DNA of 64,000 nucleotides from Minisyncoccota bacterium (GTDB lineage Bacteria > Patescibacteriota > Minisyncoccia > Phycocordibacterales > CAJBRS01): assembly GCA_017881075.1 (NCBI GenBank), contig JADGRH010000001.1, forward strand, positions 59,639 through 123,638, in the 5' to 3' direction. The translations under genes and the position numbers were made by a program. Each line of letters begins with the position of its first letter. Position 1 is the stretch's first letter. Below the pieces are notes generated by a model. It saw only the letters and a list, made by a program, of their open reading frames with translations, searched no databases and was not told where the DNA came from. Positions 30,489 to 40,854 of this stretch are shown in pieces.

Positions 30489-30638
30489 ATGAAACGACAA
30501 AATCCTATGAATAAGAAAAAACTCTTGCGGCAGGTAGATCACTTTACCCGCCCGCCACGGCTTGAGGGCAAGGCAAAAAATGCAGGAATGAACCCAATTC
30601 GCAAGAAGAAAAGAATTATTTATAAAGATAAAAAATGA
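30489..30638 (+). CDS. Small Lys/Arg-rich ORF (49 aa), not in ORF track
   Basis: MKRQNPMNKKKLLRQVDHFTRPPRLEGKAKNAGMNPIRKKKRIIYKDKK*; fills the gap and has an ATGA overlap with the VKOR start. Confidence 0.5.
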   Translation: MKRQNPMNKKKLLRQVDHFTRPPRLEGKAKNAGMNPIRKKKRIIYKDKK

Positions 30639-31054
30639 ATAAAAAAATAATAATACTCTCAACGCTCGCCCTTGTTGGTTTTATCGATGCGGCATATCTT
30701 ACGATCCAACACTACGCGAACGCTATCCCACCCTGCACCATCCATGGTTGCGAGACGGTGCTCTCGAGTGCCTACTCGGTTGTTTTCGGTCTGCCGGTCG
30801 CTCTCCTCGGTGTTGCTTACTACTTTGTATTGTTAATTCTTTATTTCATTTATTTTCAAAAAAAGAATACCAGTCTGCTCATCTTTACTCTACGTCTATC
30901 AATCGTGGGCTTTCTGGCCGATCTCTGGTTTGTCTCGGCCCAAGCCTTTCTCATCCATGCGTGGTGTGTGTACTGCCTTTTGTCCGCTCTGATGTCGACT
31001 CTCATTTTTATCCTCTCGTATTGGGAACTTTTCCACAAAAAGAATTTGTTGTAA
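30635..31054 (+). CDS. Vitamin K epoxide reductase (VKOR) family protein
   Basis: CTIHGCETVLSSAYS, GLPVA, WCVYC, four TM helices. Confidence 0.93.
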   Translation: MNKKIIILSTLALVGFIDAAYLTIQHYANAIPPCTIHGCETVLSSAYSVVFGLPVALLGVAYYFVLLILYFIYFQKKNTSLLIFTLRLSIVGFLADLWFVSAQAFLIHAWCVYCLLSALMSTLIFILSYWELFHKKNLL

Positions 31055-31098
31055 CATTTGAAAGAAATAGGCAGTTCAGACGTATATATAGGTACAAT

Positions 31099-31629
31099 AT
31101 GAAAAAATTCTTTACCTCACTTATCTTTGTGTTGATTTTTGCTGGCTATGGACTCCAGCAGCATTTTGGCAATGCATCTCAGATGGCTCCTATTGTCTCT
31201 GATATAACTCCCACAACACAACTTGTCGATACTGGTATCCAGACTAGCCTTACTCCTACACCGCCGCCGCCTCCCTCAACCAACAATCACACACCTACCC
31301 CAGTTCCTACCCCCACCCCCACACCACCACCAACGCCTAGAGGGCAATATATTGACGGTTCTTACACAGGGGGTGTAGCCGACGCCTATTACGGCTATGT
31401 GCAGGTACGAGTTACGGTGCGCGGTGGCAAAATGACGGACGTGGCTTTTCTTCAATATCCGAACGATCGGAACACCTCCCGTTACATAAATAGTCAGGCA
31501 ATGCCAATCCTTCGAAGCGAAGCGATCCAGGCTCAAAGTGCTCAAGTAGACACTGTCTCGGGAGCAAGCGCTACTAGTGGAGCTTTCCAGCAGTCGCTTG
31601 CCGATGCACTTTCGCAAGCCAGAGCCTAA
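31099..31629 (+). CDS. Extracytoplasmic FMN-binding (flavinylated) protein
   Basis: N-terminal anchor from ATG 31099, Pro/Thr linker, YIDGSYTG...YGYVQV..., VDTVSGASATS flavinylation motif. Confidence 0.88.
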   Translation: MKKFFTSLIFVLIFAGYGLQQHFGNASQMAPIVSDITPTTQLVDTGIQTSLTPTPPPPPSTNNHTPTPVPTPTPTPPPTPRGQYIDGSYTGGVADAYYGYVQVRVTVRGGKMTDVAFLQYPNDRNTSRYINSQAMPILRSEAIQAQSAQVDTVSGASATSGAFQQSLADALSQARA

Positions 31630-31630
31630 T

Positions 31631-32377
31631 ATGAAGCAGAATCGTGACATTATGGGAATGCCAGTGGCTCTCGAGATTACTGACGCCATAGTGAAGCAAG
31701 AATACTTTGATAAAGTGTTTGATTATTTCGTGCACATTGATCAGAAATTCAGCACGTACAAGAATGAAAGTGAAATTTCTCGTATCAACCGAGGAGAGCT
31801 ATCTCCCGCCGAATATAGTGATGAAATGAAAATTGTTTTTGACCTATCGGAAGAAACCAAGAAAATGACGGGAGGATATTTTGATATACGAAAAGCAGAT
31901 GGCACTTATGATCCGTCGGGCCTAGTGAAGGGTTGGGCAATCAATAACGGCGCTCTTATTTTGAAAAATCTCGGCTGTAAAAATTTTTATGTTGATATTG
32001 GGGGAGATATTCAAGTGAATGGAAAGAATGGTCAGAGTGAGGAATGGAGCATCGGTATTCGCAACCCTTTCAATCGAGAGGAGATAATTAAAGTGATATA
32101 TCCGCGTGGCCAAGGAGTGGCTACCTCCGGTACTTATATTAGAGGAGACCACATCCTAGATCCGTTCTCCAAGAAAGCGGTTGAATCCGATATAATTAGT
32201 CTTACGGTCATAGGGCCGAATATTTATGAAGCGGACCGCTTTGCTACTGCTGCATTTGCCATGGGTTCAGAGGCAATTCAGTTTATAGAAAATCTAGAAG
32301 GCTTTGAAGGTTATGCTGTAAATAAAAATGGCATTGCCACAATGACAAGCGGATTTGAGCATTACACAAAATTATGA
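31631..32377 (+). CDS. apbE: FAD:protein FMN transferase
   Basis: IMGM, SEISRIN, DPSGLVKGWA, DIGGDI, ATSGTYIRGDHILDP, ADRFATA. Confidence 0.92.
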   Translation: MKQNRDIMGMPVALEITDAIVKQEYFDKVFDYFVHIDQKFSTYKNESEISRINRGELSPAEYSDEMKIVFDLSEETKKMTGGYFDIRKADGTYDPSGLVKGWAINNGALILKNLGCKNFYVDIGGDIQVNGKNGQSEEWSIGIRNPFNREEIIKVIYPRGQGVATSGTYIRGDHILDPFSKKAVESDIISLTVIGPNIYEADRFATAAFAMGSEAIQFIENLEGFEGYAVNKNGIATMTSGFEHYTKL

Positions 32378-33897
32378 TCAAAATTATTGATAATTTCCTG
32401 AATAAGATAACTATGTATCGTTTGGTGTTCTACGAGCTATTCTTTCTATTGTTTGTGGCCGGAGTGCTCGGCTATTTTGGAATGCTACCCTATAACCCTT
32501 TAGCCCTAGCTTTTTCCGTAGCTTTTATTTTCGCAATCTGTTGGCTGGTGAATAAAATCTTTGCTCAGATGTTTAACGTACCGTCAAATCCGGAGTCAGT
32601 TTGGATAACCGCTTTTATTTTGGCTCTTATTATTATGCCCACCAGCAGTTTTTTAGATATGCATTTTTTGCCGCTGGCATTCTGGGCATCGGCTTCTGCA
32701 ATCGCTTCTAAATATATCTTGGCCATACGGGGGAAACATCTCTTTAATCCGACCGCCATGGGTGTTGCTGTGACCAGTTTAGTCCTAGGCTTATCCGCCA
32801 ACTGGTGGATAGGCACTCCCATCATGATACCGTTCGTACTTCTCGGCGGATTATTGGTGGTGCGAAAAATCCATCGATTCGATTTAATGTGGGCCTTTAT
32901 CGGAACTTTTGTCGTCGGAATCGTCTTTTCTAATTTTGCCCGAGGGTCTGGTTTGATACACCTCTTGAGCCAATCTTTATTCTACGCACCGGCATTTTTC
33001 TTTGCCACGGTAATGCTCACCGAACCAGCCACCATGCCACCGACACGCGTACTACGTATTTTCTACGGAATGCTTGTCGGGCTCCTATTCTTGCCCAATT
33101 TTAATATTGCCGGTTTCTATTTCACTCCCGAGCTCGCTCTGATTGCTGGCAACCTGTTTTCATATATAGTCAGTCCAAAATATAAACTTATGCTGAGGCT
33201 TAAAAAAATCATTCGCTTGTCTCCCGATGTTTACGAGTTTGCTTTTGCCACAAACAGAACGATTTCATTTAAACCGGGACAATTTATGGAATGGACACTG
33301 GCGCACGAGCATGCCGACAGTCGAAGCGTGCGACGCTATTTCACTTTAGCTTCCTCTCCGACAGAAAGAGAAGTGAAAGTGGGAGTAAAGTTTTATGCCC
33401 CGGCGAGCACTTTCAAGAAAGCACTTATATCGATGGGTGAGGGAGAGTCCCTTGTAGCCTCACAGTTATCAGGTGATTTCACTTTGCCTAGAAATAAAAA
33501 GAAAAAGCTGGTATTTATTGCCGGGGGAATTGGTGTTACGCCATTCAGAAGTATGATTAAATATTTACTTGATAAGCGAGAGAGACGCTCCATAACTCTT
33601 TTGTATGCCAACAAAACTCCGGCTGATGTTGTTTACTCCAATATTTTTACCATGGCCGAACGTGATCTTGGGATAAAAACAATCTACGCCTTTACCGACA
33701 AAAATGCTCAGCTTCCTTATGGAGCGGTTTCTATTATTGATGCTGAGACGATTAGGCGAGAAGTACCTGATTATTTTGATCGGCTATTCTATATTTCCGG
33801 ACCGCAAGGGATGGTGACCGCTTTCAAAGAGACTTTGTTAGAAATGAATATTCCAAGATCTCAAATCAAAACGGATTATTTTCCCGGGTTTGCATAG
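32374..33897 (+). CDS. RnfD/NqrB-like membrane domain fused to FNR-type FAD/NAD(P) oxidoreductase
   Basis: KHLFNP and MLTEPAT in the polytopic N-half; FKPGQF, RYFTLAS, IAGGIGVTPF, YISGP and DYFPGF in the C-half. Confidence 0.88.
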   Translation: MIKIIDNFLNKITMYRLVFYELFFLLFVAGVLGYFGMLPYNPLALAFSVAFIFAICWLVNKIFAQMFNVPSNPESVWITAFILALIIMPTSSFLDMHFLPLAFWASASAIASKYILAIRGKHLFNPTAMGVAVTSLVLGLSANWWIGTPIMIPFVLLGGLLVVRKIHRFDLMWAFIGTFVVGIVFSNFARGSGLIHLLSQSLFYAPAFFFATVMLTEPATMPPTRVLRIFYGMLVGLLFLPNFNIAGFYFTPELALIAGNLFSYIVSPKYKLMLRLKKIIRLSPDVYEFAFATNRTISFKPGQFMEWTLAHEHADSRSVRRYFTLASSPTEREVKVGVKFYAPASTFKKALISMGEGESLVASQLSGDFTLPRNKKKKLVFIAGGIGVTPFRSMIKYLLDKRERRSITLLYANKTPADVVYSNIFTMAERDLGIKTIYAFTDKNAQLPYGAVSIIDAETIRREVPDYFDRLFYISGPQGMVTAFKETLLEMNIPRSQIKTDYFPGFA

Positions 33898-33968
33898 ATA
33901 ACTTTTTGTCGCTCTTTTATTTGACTTTGACCCGGAAGAAGATTAATCTCAGGTGAGGAAAACAGCTC

Positions 33969-34682
33969 ATGAAAAACACAAATAAGAAGAGATTTTTACC
34001 GGTGATTCACGTTGAAAAACTCTACGAGACAGAAGAAAATGCCAAAATTGCTTTTGACAACGGCGCCGATGGCATCTTTCTGATTATTTACAACATTCAG
34101 ACTTATAAACTGCTCGAAATCTACGATCGAGTGCGGATTCTATATCCAGATCGCTACATCGGCCTTAACCTACTTGACCTCGGGGCCGGAAGCGCTTTGA
34201 GACAAATTCCAAGGACGGCTAACGCCTTGTGGGTTGATAGTCCCGCTTTGGTTGGCAGTCCTTCCAACTGGCCTTTTTGTAAGAAAGCTAGGGAGTTCTG
34301 GGAACGCCGCCAGCAATATCCAGATTGGGAAGGTGAATGCTTCGTGGGTGTCGCCTTCAAGCATCAACCGACAATTCCTATGGCTGAACTGGCTGCGGTC
34401 ACAAAGGCCTCGGCGCCATTTATGGATGTTGTTGTCACAAGTGGTAAGGCGACAGGAGTGCCGCCGATACCGAGGAAGCTGGAGATCATGCGAGAGGCAA
34501 TTGGGAATGAAAAACGTCTCGCTCAAGCAAGCGGCATCACACCCAAAAATGTCTTTGACTCCTTGCCGTTCATTGACGATTTTATTGCCAACACTGGTGT
34601 CAGCAGGAGTCCGACAGAGTTGGAGCCGCGTCTCGTTAGGGTGACAGGGGACATCATTCACAATTACTCCTGTAGAAATTAA
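33969..34682 (+). CDS. BtpA/SgcQ-like TIM-barrel protein
   Basis: LPVIH, GADGIFLI, GLNLL, GVAFKHQ, VVVTSGKATG, ASGITPKNV. Confidence 0.7.
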   Translation: MKNTNKKRFLPVIHVEKLYETEENAKIAFDNGADGIFLIIYNIQTYKLLEIYDRVRILYPDRYIGLNLLDLGAGSALRQIPRTANALWVDSPALVGSPSNWPFCKKAREFWERRQQYPDWEGECFVGVAFKHQPTIPMAELAAVTKASAPFMDVVVTSGKATGVPPIPRKLEIMREAIGNEKRLAQASGITPKNVFDSLPFIDDFIANTGVSRSPTELEPRLVRVTGDIIHNYSCRN

Positions 34683-34695
34683 GGGAGAGAATGTC

Positions 34696-34727
34696 GGGCG
34701 AAAACCGAAGGTTTTCGCCCATTTTTA
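34696..34727 (+). terminator. Intrinsic terminator
   Basis: gggcgaaaacc-gaa-ggttttcgccc followed by a T tract. Confidence 0.8.
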
Positions 34728-34745
34728 TATCACAGGAATTAAAAA

Positions 34746-34766
34746 TATCGAAGTCTGACTTCGATA
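34746..34766. repeat. Isolated REP-like palindrome TATCGAAGTC-T-GACTTCGATA
   Basis: Same GAAGTCTGACTTC core as the DnaE insertion. Confidence 0.7.
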
Positions 34767-34787
34767 AATCCTTGTTATAATGGCGAA

Positions 34788-35105
34788 ATGAAAGAGAGTT
34801 TTGGTGACAGGGTCATAAAGATAGCTCTTCGGATTCCATCCGGCCGGGTGACGACTTACGGCCGGATTGCTCGAGCGGCGGGCGGCGGGGCGATGGCGAG
34901 CCAGAGTATTACAAGTATTCTCAGCAAAGCATATGATAATGGAGAGAAGAAGATCCCATTTCACCGCATCGTCTATGCTGATGGCAGAATTTGGGTGAAC
35001 TCACGCTACCGCAAGGAGCGCATGAAGCTCTACAAAAAAGAGGGAATTGAAATTGATAATAAAGACCGAATCAAAGATTTTCGAGACATTCTTTTGGATT
35101 TTTAA
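34788..35105 (+). CDS. Alkyltransferase-like (ATL/MGMT family) protein
   Basis: IPSGRVTTYGRIA and IPFHRIV; Phe replaces the catalytic Cys of PCHRV. Confidence 0.85.
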   Translation: MKESFGDRVIKIALRIPSGRVTTYGRIARAAGGGAMASQSITSILSKAYDNGEKKIPFHRIVYADGRIWVNSRYRKERMKLYKKEGIEIDNKDRIKDFRDILLDF

Positions 35106-35345
35106 ATGAGTGAAATAATTTTTAATGACGTTTGTAATAGAGATTGAGGCGGAGGAATTCGCTTCGACCATGGTGATTATTAGTCCCGACGTCTCTGTCG
35201 GGGCCCCGATCAAAGCATTGGGGATAATTTATCAAAAATTGTAACAACATGTGAAGATTCGTTTGGGCAAAACCCGCCTTCGGCGGCTTTTGCCGTGTTT
35301 AGAATAAGCTTGCTATCAAATTGCATAAAAGATATAACATAATTT

Positions 35346-35924
35346 ATGGATCCGACCGATCTCACACTCTCCGATGAAGAAGTAGCCCTGCTCATTCAAA
35401 AAGGAGATAAAGAAAAATTCAGTCTTTTAGTCAAACGCTATGAAGACAAACTGTTTCGATATGGACGCAGGTTTCTTTCCAGTCGCGAAAATATTGAGGA
35501 TATAGTTCAGGACGTCTTTGTCAGCACATTTCAAAATATTAATAATTTTGACTCATCGCTCCGATTTTCGTCCTGGATTTATCGAATTGCCCACAACGCT
35601 TTTGTTAACAGTCTGAAGAAAAATAGCAAAAGCCCTATTATTTATATCGATTTCGATACATTAATTTCGCATCCCGTATATGAAGAGCCTAAGGATTTTG
35701 AAAAAGAGCAGAAGGAAATGAAGGAAATGGTAGACAAAGGGTTGGAAAAACTTTCATCAAAATACAAAGAAGTGATCATCCTGCACTATTTGGAAGAAAT
35801 GAGCTATAAGGAAATATCGGATATTTTAAGAATACCAATGGGCACCGTCGGCATTCGTATTAAAAGAGCCAAGGAATCCTTAAGAGTAGCGTACGCCAAA
35901 ATGAATTTAAATTATGGAAAATAA
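35346..35924 (+). CDS. ECF RNA polymerase sigma factor (SigW-like)
   Basis: EDIVQDVF, FSSWIYRIAHN, MSYKEISDIL.IPMGTV..RAK. Confidence 0.93.
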   Translation: MDPTDLTLSDEEVALLIQKGDKEKFSLLVKRYEDKLFRYGRRFLSSRENIEDIVQDVFVSTFQNINNFDSSLRFSSWIYRIAHNAFVNSLKKNSKSPIIYIDFDTLISHPVYEEPKDFEKEQKEMKEMVDKGLEKLSSKYKEVIILHYLEEMSYKEISDILRIPMGTVGIRIKRAKESLRVAYAKMNLNYGK

Positions 35925-36648
35925 TCAAGACCAAAAACCAAATAAAATCCAGCAAATTCTGGAGAAGATAAAGAAAAATGAGATCACTCCTCATTCAAAG
36001 TTTTATTTCAAATTACGAATGACCTCGGTGATAATTGTGGCCGTGGCCGTCTTCCTTATCACCGCCCTTCTGCTCAGCTTCATTATTTTTAGTATGAAAA
36101 TAGGCGGTCAGTTTGCTTTGATCGGTTTCGGTCATCACGGCTGGGAAGTATTCCTGGTCACTTTTCCTTGGATCTTATTCTTTCTTGATCTTATTTTAAT
36201 GATTCTTCTCGGCTGGCTTTTAAGGACTTTCCGATTTGGATATAAGAGCCCGGCCCTTTATTTATTGGCCGGGCTTCTAGGCCTTACTATTTTAAGCGCG
36301 GTTGTATTTGAGGGCGAGACCTCGTTTCATAATCGTCTATTTCTCGAGGCGGAAAAGGATAATCTACCCTCACCTTTTGAAGAGCTATATGAACATGTTC
36401 ACCGCCCACCACCCTCAGGCCACGGCATATTTCGAGGAATGATTGCCTCCATTAGTGATGGCACTCTCGTAGTTAATATTGAGAGCCCGGATAGTACCTC
36501 AACCATGCCCTTCAAAGTCATAATCTCACCATCTCAAAATACCGATGCCTACCAAGTCGGTCAGTTGATCTTTATAGACGGCGTAATCATTAATGATCAG
36601 ATTCAGGCTGAAGGTATTCGCGAAGCCCCCGAAGTGCCGGGCGAATAA
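35914..36648 (+). CDS. Membrane protein, putative anti-sigma partner
   Basis: Overlaps the ECF stop; three TM helices and a C-terminal beta-rich domain. Confidence 0.6.
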   Translation: MENNQDQKPNKIQQILEKIKKNEITPHSKFYFKLRMTSVIIVAVAVFLITALLLSFIIFSMKIGGQFALIGFGHHGWEVFLVTFPWILFFLDLILMILLGWLLRTFRFGYKSPALYLLAGLLGLTILSAVVFEGETSFHNRLFLEAEKDNLPSPFEELYEHVHRPPPSGHGIFRGMIASISDGTLVVNIESPDSTSTMPFKVIISPSQNTDAYQVGQLIFIDGVIINDQIQAEGIREAPEVPGE

Positions 36649-36789
36649 TTAGTAGTGATCGGAAAGATAATGGTGTCCTAATTATAGCTTAGTCTGTCCT
36701 TGAAATTATATGTAGAGGGCTCACTGCATGTTATAAGCAGGAACTAAGCTTGACAGAATTCTATATTTAGTTAAGATACTTAACTAAAT

Positions 36790-37215
36790 ATGGATACCCG
36801 AAAACAGGCTACTTTGGCCATTATGGAGAGCATGCAAGTCGTTAGACGACGTCTAATGGTGCGTAAAACTATTACTGACATTACCTTTTCACAATGGGCG
36901 GTTTTGTCTGCGGTCATGAAGATGAAACGTGGTGGTATAAAAGAGATCGCTACAGAGCTCGATATTACCCCAAGCGCCGCTACTCAACTAGTTGATGAAT
37001 TGGTTCTGAAAGGGTATCTCTTAAGGGAGGGCAGTGACCGCGACAGGCGGGCCATTTTCATTAAATTATCTCCAAAACAAGAGAAAAACCTCAAAGATCT
37101 TAAAGCTAAACGGCTAAAGAAATTTAACATCATGTTTCGCGTCTTAGATGATGAGGAGTTGCGAACATATGCCGTTCTGAACAAGAAAATTGCAGTCGGC
37201 CTTTTAAACAGATAA
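36790..37215 (+). CDS. MarR-family regulator
   Basis: ITFSQWAVL, ITPSAATQLVDELV.KGYL.R...DRR. Confidence 0.92.
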   Translation: MDTRKQATLAIMESMQVVRRRLMVRKTITDITFSQWAVLSAVMKMKRGGIKEIATELDITPSAATQLVDELVLKGYLLREGSDRDRRAIFIKLSPKQEKNLKDLKAKRLKKFNIMFRVLDDEELRTYAVLNKKIAVGLLNR

Positions 37216-37235
37216 ATAAACATTAATTTTAATAT

Positions 37236-38897
37236 ATGAAAAATTTTTTTAGCGGAATCAAAATCTGGGTGGTCAAGCATAAAGTCATCAGTGCCATTAT
37301 AGTCATTGTTATTTTGGGCGGTGGCTATTGGAGTTATACGAAATTTTTTGTCGGTACACCAGCAACCCAATATGTTTTGGGGCAAGTTACCAAAGGAACG
37401 CTTATCTCATCTATTGACGGTACCGGCCAAGTCTCCGCCACTAATCAAATAGATTTAAAACCAAAAGTTTCCGCTAAGATTACCTCCATTTCCGTTAAAG
37501 CCGGACAGGAAGTGAAGCAAGGGGCGGTCATTGCTAGTCTAGATGCAGGGGATGCCTCAAAGGCTGTACGTGACGCAGAACTCAGTCTTCAAAGCGCCCA
37601 ATTATCTCTGGCTAAGCAAAATCAATCTTTGTCTCAGACTGATGTCAGGAAGGCTTATGACGATGGTTTTAATGCGGTAGGGAACTCATTCCTTGATTTG
37701 CCCGGAATGCTTACAAAATTAGAAGACCTGGTATATAACGGAAAGGGCTATCTTTCCAACAACTCAATTAATGCTTTAGGACAGGTTGCCCAAACATATA
37801 GTCAAACGGCTGTCGCTTCTTATTTCAAAACCAAGAAGAGCTACGACCAAAATTTAGTAGACTATAAACTCACTTCTCGCGATTCAGCGACCAGTACCAT
37901 TGAATCCTTAATTTCAGAAACCTATAATACCATTCAAGATTTATCGGAAGCCATTAAGGATGCTAATACCTTAGTGGATTATTTAAATACACAGTATGAT
38001 ACCCAGAATAAACCTCCCCAACTTATGATTGATCAGAGTAGTTTAAACACTTTTACTAATACCACCAACAGTCACGCAACTGCTCTTATAAATTCAAAAT
38101 CCAGTATTCAAAGTGCCACAGATGCCGTAGGCAACAATGGCCTAGATACTCAATCATCGGAGTTGACAGTGGCAGTGCGTCAAAATGCTCTGAACGATGC
38201 TCGAGAAAAATTGGCCGACTACACTATTCGAGCACCCTTTAGTGGCATTATTGGTAATGTTGTTGCCTCTCTTTCCGATGACGTTGGCCCATCTTCAGTA
38301 ATCGCCACTTTAGTGACAAAACAAAAAATTGCCGTTATTCAATTAAATGAAGTAGACGAGGCGAAGATCGCTTTGGGTAATAAAGCCACCTTAACCTTTG
38401 ACGCTCTTCCGGATCTCTCCTTGACTGGCACGGTGGAAGAAATTGAGAATGTTGGAGTGCTTTCACAAGGAGTAGTGACCTACAATATTAAAATTACATT
38501 TGACACTCAAGACGACAGGGTTAAACCAACCATGACTGTTTCAGCTTCCATCATCACTGATTCCAAAGAAGGAGTATTAATGGTTCCAAGTTCGGCTGTT
38601 AAGACTGATGCCAACGGAGGGAAATACGTTCAGGAAATTGCCGGAGCATCCGCCGGAGCCGGAAATGTTTCGACTAAGACTGCTCCACAATCGGTTGCAG
38701 TGGAAGTTGGCAACTCCAATGATACAGATACGGAAATAGTTTCCGGATTGAATGAGGGCGATACGATTGTCATTAGATCAATTGCCTCTAGCGCCACAAC
38801 CGCAGTCGCTTCTGCGCCCAGCCTCTTTGGCGGCAGTACCGGTGGAAACAGAGGAGGAACCACCGGAGCAACCACCAGAGCTCTTCGTTCAAATTAA
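37236..38897 (+). CDS. MacA/YknX-like membrane fusion (adaptor) protein
   Basis: TM anchor, VKAGQEVKQG lipoyl half, long coiled coil, IRAPFSG, EIVSGLNEGD. Confidence 0.9.
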   Translation: MKNFFSGIKIWVVKHKVISAIIVIVILGGGYWSYTKFFVGTPATQYVLGQVTKGTLISSIDGTGQVSATNQIDLKPKVSAKITSISVKAGQEVKQGAVIASLDAGDASKAVRDAELSLQSAQLSLAKQNQSLSQTDVRKAYDDGFNAVGNSFLDLPGMLTKLEDLVYNGKGYLSNNSINALGQVAQTYSQTAVASYFKTKKSYDQNLVDYKLTSRDSATSTIESLISETYNTIQDLSEAIKDANTLVDYLNTQYDTQNKPPQLMIDQSSLNTFTNTTNSHATALINSKSSIQSATDAVGNNGLDTQSSELTVAVRQNALNDAREKLADYTIRAPFSGIIGNVVASLSDDVGPSSVIATLVTKQKIAVIQLNEVDEAKIALGNKATLTFDALPDLSLTGTVEEIENVGVLSQGVVTYNIKITFDTQDDRVKPTMTVSASIITDSKEGVLMVPSSAVKTDANGGKYVQEIAGASAGAGNVSTKTAPQSVAVEVGNSNDTDTEIVSGLNEGDTIVIRSIASSATTAVASAPSLFGGSTGGNRGGTTGATTRALRSN

Positions 38898-38900
38898 ATA

Positions 38901-39605
38901 ATGATTGAATGCAAAGACATCACTAAAATCTACAAAAACGGTGACAACGAAACGGTTGCTCTGAAAGATGTCTCTTTATCTATTAATGATGGTGAATTCG
39001 TGGCGATCATGGGACCGTCAGGATCCGGCAAATCAACCCTAATGCATATTTTAGGAGCTCTTGATACACCCACTTCCGGCACTTATTTTCTGGATGGCGA
39101 AGATGTATCTAAACTTTCTGACGATGAATTGGCCGATATTAGAGCCAAAAAAATCGGCTTTGTTTTTCAAACTTTTAATTTACTTTCCCGAGCAACAGTG
39201 ATGAGAAATGTAATGTTGCCGTTAGTCTACTCCAATGTGGATGAGGCGGCGCGGAAGGAAAGGAGCGCCGCCGCTCTTCGGTCGGCAGGTCTTCCTGAAG
39301 ATCGTTGGCAACATCGGTCCAATCAACTCTCCGGTGGCCAGATCCAACGAGTAGCCATCGCCAGAGCTTTGGTTAATGACCCATCCGTAATTATGGCCGA
39401 TGAGCCAACCGGAAATCTTGATACTAAGACCGGTCAGATTGTCCTAGGCACATTTGAGAGACTGAACAAGGAGCACGGGCGAACTATTGTTCTCATCACT
39501 CACGAAGTAGAAGTGGCAGAATATGCTGATCGCATCATTTATATCAGGGATGGAATGATCACTGAAGATAAGAAAAGCCATAAGAAGCGAAAAGCACATA
39601 TATGA
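38901..39605 (+). CDS. ABC transporter ATP-binding protein (MacB/LolD type)
   Basis: [33 protein letters not shown]. Confidence 0.95.
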   Translation: MIECKDITKIYKNGDNETVALKDVSLSINDGEFVAIMGPSGSGKSTLMHILGALDTPTSGTYFLDGEDVSKLSDDELADIRAKKIGFVFQTFNLLSRATVMRNVMLPLVYSNVDEAARKERSAAALRSAGLPEDRWQHRSNQLSGGQIQRVAIARALVNDPSVIMADEPTGNLDTKTGQIVLGTFERLNKEHGRTIVLITHEVEVAEYADRIIYIRDGMITEDKKSHKKRKAHI

Positions 39606-40813
39606 CCATAAGAGATCTATTTAACGAAACTTCTTCCGCCTTGCTTAGCAATAAAGTCAGATCGTCTTTGACCATGCTCGGTATTGTTATTGGTATTGCT
39701 TCAGTCATTGCTATGCTCGCTATCGGTAATGGAGCTAAGGTTCAAATCCAATCAAGCATTGAAGGTCTAGGGTCAAATCTTTTAACTATTCTGCCTGGAG
39801 TGGTTCAGCCGGGTCGTGGCATTGTCTCTAGTGGTCGTGGCGCCGCTCAGACCCTGAAGACAGACGATATTGCCGTCATTGCGTCTGTTGATGGTATTAG
39901 CGCTATCTCTCCAGAGAACTCTCGTCGCTTCCAGATAGTGTCTCAAGTCGGTAATAATACCAATACTACTGTCACAGGAGGGCTCTCTGCCTATGCCACT
40001 ATTCATAATCTAGTAATATCAGAAGGTACATTTATCACCGATGAGTCGGAACGAAGCATCCGCCGCCAAGCCGTACTGGGCGCTACTGTCGCCACAGACC
40101 TCTTTGGTGATGTGGATCCTCTTGGCAAGACTGTTCGAGTAAACAATGTCCTCTTCACGGTTATTGGAATATTGCAGAAAAAAGGTGGGGTTGGTTTTTC
40201 CGGTCCGGATGATATGGTCATTGTGCCGCTCTCGGCCATGCAAAAAATTCTAACCGGGGATGATTATTTCTCCACTATTACTGTTAGTGTCGCCGACAAA
40301 AATAATACCAATAATATTCGTGACGAGATAACTTCTGCGCTGATGGCGAAACATCGCGTAGCTGAAGCCGACTTTTCTATTATCTCTCAAGAAGATATCT
40401 TGGGAGCACTCTCTCAAGTAGTAAATACCTTCACTCTATTTCTTGCTTCAATTGCCGGTATTTCTCTATTGGTGGGGGGTATCGGTATTATGAATATGAT
40501 GCTTACTACAGTTACAGAAAGAACCAGGGAGATTGGTTTAAGAAAGGCCGTAGGAGCAAAGAGCAAGGATATCAACAATCAATTTCTGACTGAGGCCATC
40601 TTGCTTACTTTTGTCGGAGGAGTGGTCGGAGTAATTCTCGGTTGGGTTGTGGCTTTTGGTGTATCATCTACTGGGATAGTAAATGCCCAAATCAGCCTTT
40701 TCTCCGTAATTTTGGCTTTCGGTGTCTCTGCCGTCATCGGTATCGCCTTCGGATATTATCCAGCCAGACGTGCGGCCAATCTTAATCCAATTGAAGCATT
40801 GAGGTATGAATAA
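39602..40813 (+). CDS. ABC transporter permease (MacB/FtsX type)
   Basis: RSSLTMLGIVIG, GGIGIMNMM, ERTREIGLRKAVGA, PIEALRYE. Confidence 0.95.
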   Translation: MTIRDLFNETSSALLSNKVRSSLTMLGIVIGIASVIAMLAIGNGAKVQIQSSIEGLGSNLLTILPGVVQPGRGIVSSGRGAAQTLKTDDIAVIASVDGISAISPENSRRFQIVSQVGNNTNTTVTGGLSAYATIHNLVISEGTFITDESERSIRRQAVLGATVATDLFGDVDPLGKTVRVNNVLFTVIGILQKKGGVGFSGPDDMVIVPLSAMQKILTGDDYFSTITVSVADKNNTNNIRDEITSALMAKHRVAEADFSIISQEDILGALSQVVNTFTLFLASIAGISLLVGGIGIMNMMLTTVTERTREIGLRKAVGAKSKDINNQFLTEAILLTFVGGVVGVILGWVVAFGVSSTGIVNAQISLFSVILAFGVSAVIGIAFGYYPARRAANLNPIEALRYE

Positions 40814-40854
40814 CAGAGCTATAATGTTCAAAATTATTAATAAAAATTTATAAA

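Noticed and set aside
30748-31098. Long N-terminal extension of the FMN-binding ORF in the track
   Set aside because: It overlaps VKOR out of frame; the ATG at 31099 gives a proper N-terminal anchor.
35140-35295. Short hairpins (cccgac-gtctct-gtcggg; ggcaaaa..ttttgcc) and a possible 42-aa minus-strand ORF
   Set aside because: Single copies in the window; cannot be distinguished from terminators or chance without a genome-wide search.
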